Shown: positions 41,774 through 55,739, numbered from the stretch's first letter. The stretch is DNA of 64,000 nt from Alphaproteobacteria bacterium (GCA_965214705.1 CBDCCI010000002.1:512001-576000); one strand, 5' to 3'. Numbers and translations: made by a program. Notes: generated by a model from the letters alone, not told the origin.

Positions 41774-44525
41774 GTAAGCGGTATCGGGCCCCCATACTTC
41801 CAGCGGATCTGATTTCGGGGCTGACTCTCCGCCTTGACCACGAGCCACACAGGAGAGATCGCGATGACAGATTCGATTTTGGCATCTGGCGACGGTGTCG
41901 CTGTTGCTTCGGTTGAGATCCCAGCTTCTGAGGGAGCCGCCCCGGCTCCGTCTGAGCCGGCCCCCATGCGACGCTGGCCGGACGATGAGAAGGCGCGGAT
42001 TGTCTCGGAGAGCTTTGAGCCGGGCTCTTCGGTTGCGGCGGTCGCGCGCCGCCATGGCGTCAGCGATACGACCCTGACCAAGTGGCGGCGGCGCGCGCGG
42101 GAGGGAACTCTTCCGGGCGCTCGGATTGGTGGCTCTGCACCGCCATTTGTTCCCGTGGTGGTTGATAGCGTGACGTCCGAGCGGACGGTGGCGATCGAGG
42201 CGCTAGGCGTGGTCGTTCGCCTTCCGGTGGAGAGCGCGGTCGATCGGATTGTTGCGGTGGCCTCGGGCCTGGGCCGGGCGTCGTCATGATCGCGGCCCCC
42301 TCGCTTCGCATCGTGTTGGCGACGCGGCCGGTTGATTTTCGTCGCGGCCACGACGCGCTTGCGGCGACGGCGGCGGGGGAGCTGGACCTCGATATCTATT
42401 CCGGGGTGATCGTGATCTTCCGCTCGCGCCGCGGCGACAGGCTCAAGCTCCTTGCGTGGGACGGCAGCGGTCTGGTGATGACCTACAAGCGTCTGGAGCA
42501 GGGCCGCTTCGCCTGGCCTCGGATCGAGGATGGTGTGATGCGCCTTACGAAGGGCCAGTTCGAGGCCCTCTTCGAGGGTCTGGACTGGCGCCGGGTGAAG
42601 GCCCGCCCGGTTCGCCGCCCGCTGGCGGCGGAGTGAGGCGGCACGCAGGCGGGGCCGCAGATTTCGGTCGCGGTCCCGCCTGCACTTTTCCCTGGTCATG
42701 CATTGGCGAATCGGATTAAGGGGTGGCCCATGCCGAAGGTCACGCCCTCACCCCTCAGCAGCGCCGGTTCGCCGTCGCCTGCGGTGGTTTCGGCGGCGCT
42801 GGCGGCCCTGCATGCGGAGCTTGACGACGAGCGCGCGGCGCGCCGGGCGACGGAAGCAGCCCTATGCGAAGCGGAGCAGGCACGCGGCGCGGCGGAGGCG
42901 GCGAGGCAGACGGCGGAAGCGCGGGCGGCACGGCTGGAGGCCGAGAACGCGCAGAGCGCGGAGCAGATCAGCCGGCTTGAGCATCTCAACAAGGAGCTCA
43001 GGAAGGCGCTGTTCGGTCCGCGCTCCGAGAAGCTCGGCGAGGACGAGCGCCAGCTTACGTTCGAGGAGTTTTGGGCGGCGATCGCTGAAGCCGGCGGTCG
43101 GCCCGAGGCAGATGACCAGGAGCAGGACGAGGGGGCTGGCGGCAAGCGCCGGCGGCGCTCTTCCCGGGGGTCGCGCAGCGGGGTGCGCTTCGGGCCCCAG
43201 GTCGACCGGCGCGAGGAGGTGATCGAGCCGGACACGATCATGTGCCCCTGCGGCTGCGGCGAGATGACGAAGATCGGCGAGGACCGCAGCGAGCGGCTGG
43301 ACTATGAGCCGGCGAAGTTCACCGTCATCGAGACCGTGCGCCCCCGCTACGCCTGCAACAAGTGCAAGGGGGGCGGGGTGGTGCAGTCGCCGGCGCCGGC
43401 CGCTCTGGTCGAGGGCGGCCTTCCCACCGAGGCTCTTCTGGCGCAGGTGCTGATCGCGAAGTACGGCGATCATTGCCCGCTCTATCGCCAGTCGCAGATC
43501 TACGAGCGCTCGGGGATCGAGGTTCACCGTGCGACGCTGGCGACGTGGGTGGGCCAGGCGTCGTTTCACCTGCGCCCCGTGGTCGCTTGCCTGGAGGATG
43601 AGCTGAAGAAGTCGGATCACCTGGGTCTGGACGAGACCACGATCCGCGTTCTCGACCCGGGCCGGGGCAAGACGAAGACGGGCTACATGTGGACCCTTGT
43701 GCGTGACGAGCGCCACTGGAGCGGCACGGACCCGCCGGGCGTCGTCTATCGCTATGCGCCCGGCCGCGGCGGCAAGTATGGCGCCGAGCTTATGGAGGGC
43801 TTTTCGGGGACGGTGCAGCTCGACGGCTACTCGGGCCACAACATCCTGGCGCGGCCGGACCGGGCGGAAGGCCCTGTGACGCGGGCCCTCTGTTGGGCGC
43901 ATGTAAGACGGAAGCTGAAAGAGGTATACGACTCGAGCGCATCGCCGATCGCGCTGGCCGGTCTGAATCGGATCGCGAAGCTCTATGCGATCGAGAAGAA
44001 GATCCGGGGCAAGCCGCCGGCGGAGCGCCGCGCGATCCGTTGGGAGGAGTCGGCGCCGATCGTGAACACCTTCGGTGTCTGGCTCGACGAGCAGCGCTCG
44101 CGCGTCTCACCGCGCTCGCGTCTCGGCGAGAAGCTGACCTATATCGCCAACCAGTGGGACGGGCTGCTGGAGTTCCTGCACGACGGTCGTGTCGAGATCG
44201 ACTCGAACCTGGTGGAAAACCGAATCCGGCCGCTGAAGCTCACCGCCAAGAACGCGCTCTTCGCCGGCAACGACGAGGGTGCGCAAGCCTGGGCCCGCAT
44301 CGCCTCGCTGATCGAGACCTGCAAGATGAACGGCGTCGAGCCCTACGCCTGGATGCGGAGCACGCTCGAGAAGATCGCCAAGGGCCACCCGCAGTCGGGC
44401 ATCCAGGAGCTTCTGCCGTGGAACTTCCAGCCCGAGGCAAAATGACTCGCGCGCTCACGGCGCTCCTCAAGAAATCCCCGTCGTAGTCAAGCCAGATTCC
44501 GGTATGGGGTCTGCGTACCGCTTAC
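41774..44525 (+). mobile_element. IS66 copy 3 (tnpA 41834-42289, tnpB 42286-42636, tnpC 42703-44445)
   Basis: Identical proteins; TSD cctgagtg. Confidence 0.95.
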
Positions 44526-44621
44526 CCTGAGTGGCACGTCGGAGGTTGTCCCGGTAGCCAATAGGGGGGTTCCTGTTGGCCCACCGGGGCAAGCGGGCCG
44601 CAGGGGAGGCCCGCGTTGGGG

Positions 44622-45350
44622 TCAGGAGCGGTTCTTGAAGCGCCAGCTCTCGTTGCCGGTCTCGATGATCTCGCAATGGTGAGTGAGCCGATCGAGCAGG
44701 GCCGTGGTCATCTTGGGGTCGCCGAAGACGGACGGCCACTCGCCGAAGGCGAGGTTGGTGGTGATGATGGTGGAGGTGCGCTCGTAGAGCCGGCTCATGA
44801 GGTGGAAGAGCATCTGCCCGCCGGTCTGAGCAAAGGGCAGGTAGCCGAGTTCGTCGAGGATGACGAAGTCGCGGCGGCCGAGCTGGTCTGCGGTGCGGCC
44901 CTGGCGTCCGGCGCGGACCTCGGCCTCGAGGTGGTTGACCAGGTCGACGACGTTGAAGTACCGGCCGCGCGCGCCCTTTCGGATGCAGGACCGCGCGGTG
45001 GCTGTGGCAAGATGGGTCTTGCCGGTGCCGGTACCGCCGACCAGGACGATGTTGCGCTTGCTCTCCAGGAAGCCGCCCGTGGCGAGCTCCCGGATCAGGG
45101 GCTCGTTGACCGGCGAGGCGGCGAAGTCGAAGTCGGCCAGCTCCTTGGCGGTGGGCAGCTTGGCGGAGGCCATCTGGTACTTGATCGAGCGCGCCTTCTT
45201 GTCGGCGATCTCGGCCTTCAGCAGCGCACCGATGATCTGTTGCACCGGGTGACGGCGCTTGAGGCCGTCGGCGAGGATGTCGTCGTAGACGGCGCGCATG
45301 CCGGCGAGCTTGAGCCGGGTCATCATCTCCAGCACCTCATGACGCTCCAT
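44622..45350 (-). CDS. istB: IS21 helper ATPase
   Basis: [30 protein letters not shown]. Confidence 0.95.
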   Translation of the reverse strand: MERHEVLEMMTRLKLAGMRAVYDDILADGLKRRHPVQQIIGALLKAEIADKKARSIKYQMASAKLPTAKELADFDFAASPVNEPLIRELATGGFLESKRNIVLVGGTGTGKTHLATATARSCIRKGARGRYFNVVDLVNHLEAEVRAGRQGRTADQLGRRDFVILDELGYLPFAQTGGQMLFHLMSRLYERTSTIITTNLAFGEWPSVFGDPKMTTALLDRLTHHCEIIETGNESWRFKNRS

Positions 45351-48209
45351 GACCGGCCTCCCTCAGGCTGTCGTAGCGCTGACAATCGGCAACCGGGGTG
45401 TGGCGAAGCTGCAGGCGCTCGGGCGTCGGAATGTCTGCCGGCGGCGCCGGCTCACGCTGCCGGGCGAGGATGTTGAGCACGACGTCGGCACTGCAGACAC
45501 CAGCGGCCAGCGCCTCGGCACAGGCCGCGTCTACCGCCTCCAGCCCGTCCTCCAGCACCGCCGCGAGGATCCTCACGATCTGCCTGTCTCCGTCGTCGCG
45601 GCCGGAAAGCCGCACTCGCATGCGCCCCAGCGCGCCGGGCAGTTCCCAGCCCTTGAAGGGCGCGCCGTTGCGCAGCGCGCCGGGCTTGCGCGCCAGGATC
45701 GGCACGTAATGCCACGGATCGTAGGCGATCTCCCCGCGTCCGAAGCGCCGGGAGTGTTCGGCGACGCTCTCGCCATCCTGGCGGATGACGATCCGATCGG
45801 CATAGGCCCGCACATCCACCGGCCGGCCTACGGCGCGGGCGGCAACGCTGTAGTGGTTGTTGTCGAAGCGCACCAGGCAGGTCTTGGAGACAGACGCCTC
45901 GCTGGCATGGAAGCCGTCGAAGGGGCCGCGGTAGGCCATCAGGACGCGCCGCTCCTCCTCGAACACCTGCCACACCGTCTTGCCCGCAATCGTCGGATGC
46001 GGCCGCTTCTTGGCGTCCTCGATGCATCGATCCATAAGCCAGGCGTTGATCTCGTCGTAGGAGCAGCCCCGCGGGCTGGGCACGAACATGCGGCCGCGGA
46101 CGTGGTCTACCTGCTTCTCGACCTGACCCTTCTCCCACGCCGCGCCAGGCGTGCAGGCCACCGGCTCGACCAGATGATGCGAGCACATCTCAAGGAAGCG
46201 GCGGTTGAAGACGCGCTCCTTGCCCACGAACACTGTCTGCACCGCCGTCTTCATGTTGTCGTAGATGCCCCGGGTGCAGACCCCGCCGAAAAAGCGGAAG
46301 GCTCGTTCGTGCGCCTCGAACACCATCTCCTGACCTTCGCGGGGAAAGATCTGGACCAGATCACTAGTGTCCCATTAAAACTACAATAGAATCAGTTGCT
46401 TATCTTCTTGGCTCTGGCCCACCGGGAGTGCCTCATGCGTAAGTAGCGCATTTAGCGGGATTTTTTCGAACAGGGTGAGGCTCAGGGTCTGGAGAATTGT
46501 GTAGAGGCTGGCGTCGAGTCTCAGCCTCTTCTTGATGATGGCGACCAGGACGTAGACGGAGACAGCGATCCAGATTTGTGTCTTTACGGCATTTTCGGAG
46601 GTGCCGAAGAATGCCTTGATGCGGAGGTTTTGCTTGATCCATTTGAAGAAGAGTTCGACCTGCCAGCGATAGCGGTACAACTCTGCGACGGTGAGGGGCG
46701 GAACGACAAAGTTGTTGGTCAGAAAGTTGAAGGTCTTGTTGGTTTCCGGATCTTTGTAGCCGACTCTACGGAGCGGCTTCGGGTAGCGTATTTTGCTCAT
46801 TTTGCCGGTCAAGACGATGGTCTGATCGCAACGCAGTCCGGCGTCTTTGTCGATGGTACGGGAGTATTGGCGCCGGTATTGCGTGTTGGCCTTTGCGCGG
46901 ATGATGAAGAAGCTTCCCGCCATGTCCAGGGTGTCGAGGCGCTTGAAGTCGAGGTAGGCGCGATCCATGATGTAGAAGGTGCCGGGCTCCGGAATGATCA
47001 TGTCCAGAACATTCACATCGCCGAGCTTGCCGTCGGAGATGTGAATGAAGGCCGGGATGCTGCCTTGTAGATCAAGGAGAGTGTGAAGGTTGACGGCCGA
47101 CTTGGTCGAGCGGAACAGAGCCCAGGGGAAGACCGACAGGCACAGATCGATGGTCGACGCGTCGAGAGCGTACACAGTATTGTCGAGTTGAAGTCCGAGG
47201 TCCTCGCCGGCATAGAGCGGGCGTGCGATGGCGATCAGTTCCTGGGCGTACTCGGCATAGATGCGCCAGTCGCGTTGCGCGTTGGCGTTCGCCAAAGTGT
47301 TGCGCGAGACCGTACCCCGAATGCCCATGTGATAAAGCTTGTTGTTTTGGGCGCGCAGACAAATCTCGATGTCGCGCAGACTTTCTCGATAGGACAACTG
47401 TGCGAAGGCCATGCAGAAAAACTGGCTCAGGCATGAGAACGATTTTACGTACCGATTTCCATCGTACTGTTCGACGCATTTGCGGAACGAATGCAGGGGC
47501 AGATGGTCCATCAGTTGCGAGAAAACAAGTTGTCCCGTGGACATGACCGGGCTCCCTCTGGATCGGAGCATCCAGCCTCGGCACTCGCGCTGGCCACTTC
47601 AAGTCGATAACAACGTGAAATGCCATTTAATCGCGCCTTGCCAATGACTTAACAAGGGTCGCGCCAATTTTCTTGGGACACTAGTGGGACCAGATACATC
47701 CGGCTGTGGCACAGCCGAATGTGCGCCGCCTTCACCCGGGTCGTGGTGCCCGACAGAACCGCGTACTCGTGGCTCCAGTCGAACTGGTAGGCCTCGCCGG
47801 GATCGAAGACCAGCGGCACACAGGCCTGAGACGGCGTCAACAGCCGCCGCTGCCGCCGCCACGCCTTGGCATAGCGGCGTACCGCGTCATAGCCGCCCTC
47901 ATAGCCCAGCGCCGCAAGGCCCTCATGAAGCCGCAGAAGAGACAGCCGATCACGGCGCTTCTTCTTCTCGTTGGCCTCCAGTTGCCGCTCAAGCTCGTCC
48001 ACCCACGGCCCCAGCTTCGGCATCGGCTGGATCGCGCGCGCGTAGCTCGACGAGGTCTCGTCGCCGCGCAAAACCTTGCGCACCGTGTTCCGGGAAACCC
48101 TCAAATCCCGAGCGATCTTCTTGATCGGAACGCCCTTCACAAAATGATCCCGACGGATCCGTGCAATCGTCTCCACAGTCAGCATCTCCCCCTCACCTCG
48201 TCCGTCCAA
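45337..48209 (-). pseudogene. istA: IS21 transposase split by IS4
   Basis: YQFDWS | YDNMKT, EKGQVE. Confidence 0.92.
46362..47686 (-). mobile_element. IS4-family element (relative of 2783-4116); transposase 46381-47544
   Basis: IR cactagtgtccca; 9-bp TSD ggaccagat; YRYRWQVELFFKWIK. Confidence 0.95.
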
Positions 48210-49168
48210 CGACGAGGCGGGTTCATGGTCACCAATCCAAGGGGGGTCAATTTTGGACGCCGATCACCCCCAAGAGGGGGTCACTTTTCCACGCTTAACA
48301 ACATACATAACGGCATGCCACGCTAAGAACACAATCCAGCAATCCCCCTGACTTCGACGGTTTGTTTTGGCTCAATTCGTGATCCGTGGGCATGAGCAGC
48401 CAGTTCACCAGCTTTGCCTTCACCGGGCGCCTGCAGGCGGCCGGCATCCGCATTTTGAGGGACGGCCGGGGCCGATACATGGACAACGTCTTCATCGAGC
48501 GGCTGTGGCGCTCGCTCAAGTACGAGGTCGGAGCGACGTCTGCGACCGTGTTCTCGTCCACGCCGTGCAGGCGGACCAGGGGTCGAGGACCACGAGGCGC
48601 GGTACGATGCGCTCCACGGTCTCCATTCCTGCGACGCCGCGATCCGCGGCCACGTCTTATGCTCGTTTCTGGGTGTTTGTCTCCCGCACTACTTAACGCT
48701 GGATTTCCCGGATTACTTGACGTGATCGCTGCCCGGATTTCGCAGATTGTTCGGTCTTTTCCGGATCGATGCGTAGGTGCTCATAGTGTCTGCGGGCGGC
48801 TCGGGCTCGCTGTCTGATTGAGTTGATGCGCCTTCTGACCTGACCGCCCCCCCCTTCGGGTCCATCCCTGTCATACCCGCACGCCCCTCGACGACGGGGG
48901 CGCGGAGAGCCCACGTTCTCGTCGCGACGCAGGCGCCGAAATGCACCCGCAACGCTCATGCTTCGTGGAAAAGTACCCCGCCCGCGGCGCTCATGCGCGA
49001 GTCGACATGCACGCTCGCCCGATAGTTCACGCTATGTTCGTGCCGTGCCCCTCCTCCTCTCCACCCCAGCCTCCCAACACAAACAAGCCCGCGCACAGGA
49101 CTCTTGCAAGGGGCTCTCTCTTGAACACTCTTGAACACTGAAAGAAGTGATCGTGCATAGACGGCCGC

Positions 49169-50281
49169 TCAGATGCTTGAGTACAATGCTTGATAGCGCT
49201 GTGACATTCTTTCCGCCGAGTACTTCTCTATGGCTCGTTTCCTGATTTGGTCCCTCGGCAGGTTCACGATAGTTGCCAAATAGTCCGTCAATGTACTTGC
49301 AACTGCATCGGGGGAATCGGACAAGGAGAAAATCTCTACGCTTCCAGAGGGCATTTCATCCTTTAATTCGAGATGGGGCTCTATGTCGGAAAGCACACAA
49401 GGAAGTCCCATTGACAGCGCTTCCAATACGGAATTCGGCAATCCTTCTCCTAAGGACGCACTCATGAAGAAATCGGAATCGCACAAATATTTTTGCACAT
49501 CGTTTTTGCCCTGATGCCCGACAAAAGATATTCCGCGGCCCTCGTAACCTGCAAGATCACTGTATTCTGGCCCGTCGCCGACAACGGTCAGTCGTGCAAT
49601 GCCGTTATCTAGTTTCTTGAAACTCTCGCACAAAAACCGAACATTCTTCCGAGGAATCAGTCGACCTACCGTCACGCCTCTAAAGTTCGAAATTGCTTTT
49701 GTACGCGCATTGACGATGATTTGGGACGGTTCTACTCCATTCGGGATTACCAGAGCGTCCTTCATACCGTAGCGTTGTTCATATTCAGCTTTCATCCAAT
49801 TTGAACAGCAGACAACATTGCTGCATTTTCTCAGAACTCGTACATGGCTTCTTGCCATGCATGCTCCAAGAGCTCTGCCGAACTCCAGGGGATAATCTAT
49901 ATCGGGTATGTTTCGGCACGTTGCAATCCAGCCGGTAGACCGGTTCAATGTCGATACGAGAGAGTCGCTTCGCCAACCGGAGCTATGTATCAGGTCTGGC
50001 TGGACTAATGAAATTACGTCTCGAAAGCGTTTCTTCAACAGAAATAGACCGAGCGTTCTACTCAGATTAATCGGGCATACCTTAACTGGTAGACGTTTAA
50101 CTTGGCCAACGAGAGAGTCATCGTTCCTTTCAGGAGAAAGAGTTATTATGGACACGTCGAATTTTTCATAATCGATATACCTCAAGATATTTGCTAGCTG
50201 AATAGATGGACCGCATCTCCAAAGTGTCGACAGCACATAAGCAACTTTGATTTTTCTGAGAGTGTTGGAACGGGCTGTCAT
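49169..50281 (-). CDS. GT4 glycosyltransferase, paralog of 7735-8853
   Basis: EGLPNSVLEALSMGLP; colinear with copy 1. Confidence 0.9.
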   Translation of the reverse strand: MTARSNTLRKIKVAYVLSTLWRCGPSIQLANILRYIDYEKFDVSIITLSPERNDDSLVGQVKRLPVKVCPINLSRTLGLFLLKKRFRDVISLVQPDLIHSSGWRSDSLVSTLNRSTGWIATCRNIPDIDYPLEFGRALGACMARSHVRVLRKCSNVVCCSNWMKAEYEQRYGMKDALVIPNGVEPSQIIVNARTKAISNFRGVTVGRLIPRKNVRFLCESFKKLDNGIARLTVVGDGPEYSDLAGYEGRGISFVGHQGKNDVQKYLCDSDFFMSASLGEGLPNSVLEALSMGLPCVLSDIEPHLELKDEMPSGSVEIFSLSDSPDAVASTLTDYLATIVNLPRDQIRKRAIEKYSAERMSQRYQALYSSI

Positions 50282-51093
50282 GGGCCTTACTGTCCGTTCT
50301 ATGGTATAAGTGACAATTCCGGCTGCTGGGTGGGGATTGTCTGTCGCGCTGCGGCGCGGAACGAGCGAAGCTGATTTGAGCGGCCACGCATGGCGAACCT
50401 GACACACCCTGACAAACTCCACAATCCCGCCTTGGACTTGTGCGGCGTCTGTCACGGGCAATGACACGGCCCATGGAGAGCGCGGCATGTGCGGCATAGC
50501 CGGTTTTCTTGCAAGAGGACCTCTCACGTCGGAGGTAGCGTCCTCGATCGCCCATGAGATGGCGGACACAGTCGTGCATCGAGGTCCCGACGATGCTGGG
50601 GTCTGGCTGGATCTCGAGGCGGGAGTCGCTCTCGCGCATCGCCGTCTGGCCGTCGTCGATCTGTCGCCGGCCGGTCACCAGCCGATGCTGTCCGGTTCCG
50701 GGCGAAGGGTGATCGTCTTCAATGGCGAGATCTACAACCACCGGGAGCTCAGACGACGGCTCGACGCCCATCGTCAGAGCATCTTCTGGAGGGGGTATTC
50801 CGATACGGAAACGTTGCTGGCAGGCATCGAGTGTTGGGGATTGGAGGAGGCGTTGCGGGCATCCACCGGCATGTTCGCCTTTGCCCTCTGGGATCGCGGG
50901 GACAGGGCCCTCTATCTGGCCCGCGACCGGGTCGGCGAAAAACCGCTCTACTACGGTTGGCAGAACGGTGTGTTCCTGTTCGGGTCAGAGTTGAAGGCGC
51001 TCGCGGCGCATCCTGCGTTCGCGGGAGACATCGACAGAGGCGCGCTCGCCCTGCTCTTGCGCCACGGTTATGTTCCATCCCCTTGGTCCATTT

Positions 51094-53628
51094 CAGACTT
51101 CCTGACCTCTTGAGGTTGACGCTGCCGGGCGGCGTGCCGCAAACCCCTTGAAATCTGCCGCTTTTCGGCCGTTACGGGCCGATTTTCGGTGGCAGTCGCA
51201 GCCGGGTTCGTATATTTTAATATGACACTATATACGCGGCCTCAGCCATGCCCATGACCCTCCCACTGTGCCCCCCAGAGGCGGTTCCGATCGGCAACAG
51301 CTGCTTTGCTGTCCTGATCTCGGACGACACCTTCACCTACTTTTCCAACCTCGTTCCCTTCGACAGCCACCCCGCCGATGACCGTGCCGCCATGCTCATG
51401 CGGATCGGCCGGCTCGCGGTGATCAGCGCGGTCTCGCCGCAGCATCTGGCCGACGCGTTCTGTGTCTCGCGCTCGACCGTGCAGCGAGCACGGCGGCGCT
51501 ACCTGGCCGAGGGTGAAGCGGCGTTTCTGAAACCCCGGCGCGGCCGCGGGCCGTCGGTGTTCACGCCGGCGTTGGCCGAGAGGGCGACAGCGTTGCTGGA
51601 AGCGGGCCTGAGCGGCGCTGCGGTGGCCCGGGTTCTCGGCGTGTCGGTGGCGTCGGTCCACCAGTGGCGCCGGCGGGGGCTGATCGGCAAGGCGGTGAGC
51701 GGGCAGGAGCCCGCAGGCTCGGCCGTGGGTGCGCCATCCGAACGGCCTGTCGATAACGAGGCTGACGATGCGGGCCGGGCTGAGGCGAGCGACGCGCAGC
51801 CCTTGACGGAACCGGCGCAGAGCCGCTCACCAGGCCCCATCGACGCCGGGCCGCAGACCGATCGCAGCGCACGCGACCGGCGCGACCGGCAGGCGCCGAT
51901 GGGGCGCGCGACCTGCGATGTTTCGGGCCGGGTGCTGGCCAGTTGCGGGCAGGCGGGGCCGGTCGATCCGCAGTTCGGCAGCGCCGCCCGCGGGGTGCGC
52001 TCAGGTAGCGTTCTCACCGCCCTGCCGGCTCTGCTCAAGGAAGGCCTGCTGGCCGCGACCGAGGTCCTGCCACCGCTGCCGAAGGGCTATTACGGCCTGA
52101 ACACGCTCCTGCTCTTCCTCGCCTTCATGACCCTGGCGCGGGTGCGCAATCCCGAGAGCCTGCGCTACCAGCCGCCGGGCGAATGGGGCGCCATTCTCGG
52201 CCTCGACCGCTGCCCCGAGGTCAAGACGCTGCGGCGCAAGATCGCGCTGATCGCCAACGACGAGGCCGGCGTGCGGGCTTGGCAGCTCGCCCTTGCCAGG
52301 CGCTGGCAGGCCGACGAGCCGGAGCTCTGGGCGACGCTGGCCGTCGACGGGCACGTCAAGGTCTACGCCGGCCGCAAGGGACGCCTGCCGAAACACTTCG
52401 TCTCGCGCCAGAAGCTGTGCCTGCCGGCCAGCGCCAGCTACTGGATCAATGCCCTGGGCGGCAAACCCCTGCTCTGTCTGCACAAGACGCTGGATCCGAA
52501 GATGGTCGCCGCCATCGAAGCCGACGTGGTGCCGGCGCTGCAGGACCTCGGGATCGTCGATGCTCAGGCGCCGGACCTGACCGCAGAGGCGCCCGGCCAC
52601 CCCGCGCTCACCCTGGTCTTCGACCGCGAGGGCTGGAGCCCGGAGCTGTTCCGCCGGCTGGCGAGGCGCGGCATCGCCTGCCTGACCTGGCACAAGAACT
52701 TCAGCGGCGAGGATTGGCCGGTCGAGGACTTCAGCGCGACGACCGTTCCCATTCACGGACCGGCGACGAGCGGCACCGCCACCTTGCGGCTGGCCGAAAA
52801 GCCGGTGATGTTGCCGAACGGCTTCAGGGTGCGCCAGATCCGCCGCCTGCTGGACAACGGCCGCCAGATCCCCTTCATCGTCACCGATCCGCACAAACCG
52901 ATGGGCGAGGCCGCAGGCGCCATGGTCTCGCGCTGGTCGCAGGAAAACTTCTTCAAGTACATGCGCGACGAGTTCAACCTCGACGCCCTGCCGACCCACC
53001 AACTCGAGCCGCTCGCGCCCGACACCATGGTCGTCAACCCGCTCCGGCGGGCCTACGACAAGGCAATCCGCAGCGCCGAACGCCGGCTCGCCCGCCTGCG
53101 CAACCGGATCGCCGGCGCGGCCAGGAAAAAGAGGCCGACGGCGCAGCTCAGGAGCGAGGTCAGGGACCTCGAGGGCGCCCTCGAGATCGCCAAGGCCAGC
53201 CGCAGGAACGTGCCGAAGCACTGTCGGGCCGGCGACCTCGACGAAGACCGACAGCTCGATGCCCTGCCCTCACGCGACCGTCTCCTCCTCGACGTCATCC
53301 GCATGATCGCCTACCGCGCCGAAACCCGCATGATGCTCCCCGTCATGCAGGGACAAGGCAAGAAGCCTCATCCCCGGAAACTGCTTCAGGCTCTCATGGC
53401 CGCCGATGCCGACATCCTGCCGGACCCCGCCAACGGCGTTCTCCGGGTCCATATTCTCGGCCTCGCAAATGACGCCTGCGACCGCCAGATCGATGCCCTC
53501 CTGAGCGAGCTCAACGCCACCGAAACCGTCTTCCCCGGGACCGAACTGCGCATGCTCTACGAGGTCGCCGCAGCCCCGGAATCCACGCAAACCGCATCAC
53601 CCCAAATCAGCAGAGGTCAGGAAGTCTG
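51094..53628 (+). mobile_element. Large DDE-like transposon, copy 2 (transposase from 51248)
   Basis: Same 17-bp IR as 8991; 5-bp TSD cattt. Confidence 0.92.
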
Positions 53629-54597
53629 CATTTACGAAGGCGTTCGAAAGCTGCCGCCGGGCACGTACGTCAGGATGGCCGTCGGCGCTTCAGGCCAGCA
53701 TGCGGGCGAACTGACGGAACCGCGGCCGTACTGGTCTTTGCGGGACGTGATGACCGCGGGCCGGGCCGAACCGTTCGAGGGCGCTCCCGAAGAAGCGGTG
53801 GACGTCCTGAACGACCTGTTGCTGCGGGCGGTCCGCCGGCAGATGGCAGCGGACGTTCCGCTTGGCGCGTTCCTGTCCGGTGGGATCGATTCGTCGGCCG
53901 TCGTCGCATTGATGCAGGCGCAATCCACGCGGCCGGTGCGGACGTTCACCATCGGATTCGATGAAGTCGAATACGACGAAGCGCCGTACGCCAAGGCTGT
54001 GGCAAGCCATCTGGGAACCGAACATACGGAGTTGTACGTCTCGGCGCGCCAGGCGCTGGACGTCATTCCGCGCTTGCCGAATCTATTCGACGAGCCCTTT
54101 GCCGATGCCTCGCAGATCCCGACCTTTCTTGTCGCCGCGTTGGCGCGCCGGCAAGTGACCGTGGCCCTGTCCGGGAACGGTGGTGACGAGCTGTTCGGCG
54201 GCTATGATGATCGTTATTCTTTGACGTCACGAATATGGACGTCACGGCGCAGGCGCTGGATGTCCAACGTGCCGTTGCCGCTACGCCGCATCGGCGCGGG
54301 CACGATCCTGACGTTCGTCGCCCCGGAATCGCACACCACGTTGCCGGGCCGCTTGCTTCGCCGGCTACCCGCAGCTTATGGGCGGCGCTGGACACTTGGC
54401 AGGATCCGCAAGCTGGCGGCACTGGTCACCTGCCGGACACGGGAAGAGTTTTATTGGCGCAGCCTCTCGCACTGGCTGAATCCGGCCGTGATCGTCCGCG
54501 GAACTTCCTTACCCGAAACCGTTGTGAGCGAAGCTACAAGCTGCGCGGATGCGTTGGAATTCGCAGAGTGGATGATGGCAGCCGACACCCTGAGTTA

Positions 54598-55407
54598 TAC
54601 CAAGCGCGTTCCAAATTGACTCACCGGCCCACTATGTTGTGGTGACGAGCTGGACCACCTCCATAGACTGTGGTGGTCGACTCACCAGCGTCGGAGGAGG
54701 ACGATGAGTGCGGCAACGCCGATAACCTGGACGGAACACACGGCGGACGAGGTCCATGAGCTGGCAAAGCACTGCGGGGACGCCAAGCAAGCCTCGCGCG
54801 CGCGTGCGATCGCGATGATCATGGATGGCGCGTCTCGTACGGAGGCGGCGCGGGCGCAGGGCATGGAGCTTCAAATCCTGCGCGACTGGGTGTTGCGCTA
54901 CAACGCGGAGGGCTTCGACGGCCTTGCGGATCGTCCTCGCGGCGGGAGCGAGGGCCGGTTGACGGAGGCGCAAATCGCCGAGGTCGGCGCGTGGCTCAAG
55001 GCGGGTCCCGATCTTGAGCGGGACGGGGTGACGCGCTGGCGGGTTCAGGACATCGTCGGGAAAATCGAGGAGGCCTTCGGGGTCATCTATACGGAGAGCG
55101 GCGCCCGTATGATGCTCCGGAGGGCCGGGTTTCGCTTTGTCTCGGGACGACCGGTCCACCCCAAAGCCGATCAAGAGCGGCAGAAGGAGTTCGTGACGGA
55201 CTTCGAGGCAACGTTGGCGTCGATGCTCAGCCCTGAGGCGCTGGCGGGTCCGATCGAGATCTGGTTCAAGGACGAAGCGCGCGTCGGCCAGAAGGGGATG
55301 ACGACGCGGGTGTGGGCGCATGGGAAGCAGCGTCCGCGCATCGTGCGCGACCATCGCTATGGCTACGTCTATCTGTTCGGCGCCACCTGCGCACAGCGCG
55401 GCGTCGG
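54598..55407 (+). mobile_element. IS630-family element, 3'-truncated
   Basis: Begins after TA; HTH, WFKDEARVGQKG, YLFGA. Confidence 0.85.
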
Positions 55408-55739
55408 CACAGTCTCGAGACGCGCGCACCACTCCTGGATCACCAGGTCATGGAATTCGTCTGGCGTTTGCCGTTGTCGTTCAGGATCCGCAGCAACGAG
55501 AGCAAATGGATCCTGCGGCAGGTGCTCTTCAGGTACGTGCCGATGCGGCTCGTCGATCGGCCGAAAGCGGGATTCGGTGTGCCGCTCGCCTCGTGGCTGC
55601 GTGGTCCTCTCCGGGACTGGGCGGAAGCCTTGCTCGACGAACGGCGGCTTCGGGAGGAGGGGTTTTTCGATCCCGCCCCGGTTCGCCAAACGTGGGGCGC
55701 ATTCCTGAGAGTGCACGATAATGCGGAGCAACGCCTCTG

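Larger units (their letters stand above)
41715..48300 (-). mobile_element. IS21-family element with nested IS66 and IS4
   Basis: TGT..ACA ends with repeated aaaattgacccc boxes; istA and istB. Confidence 0.88.
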
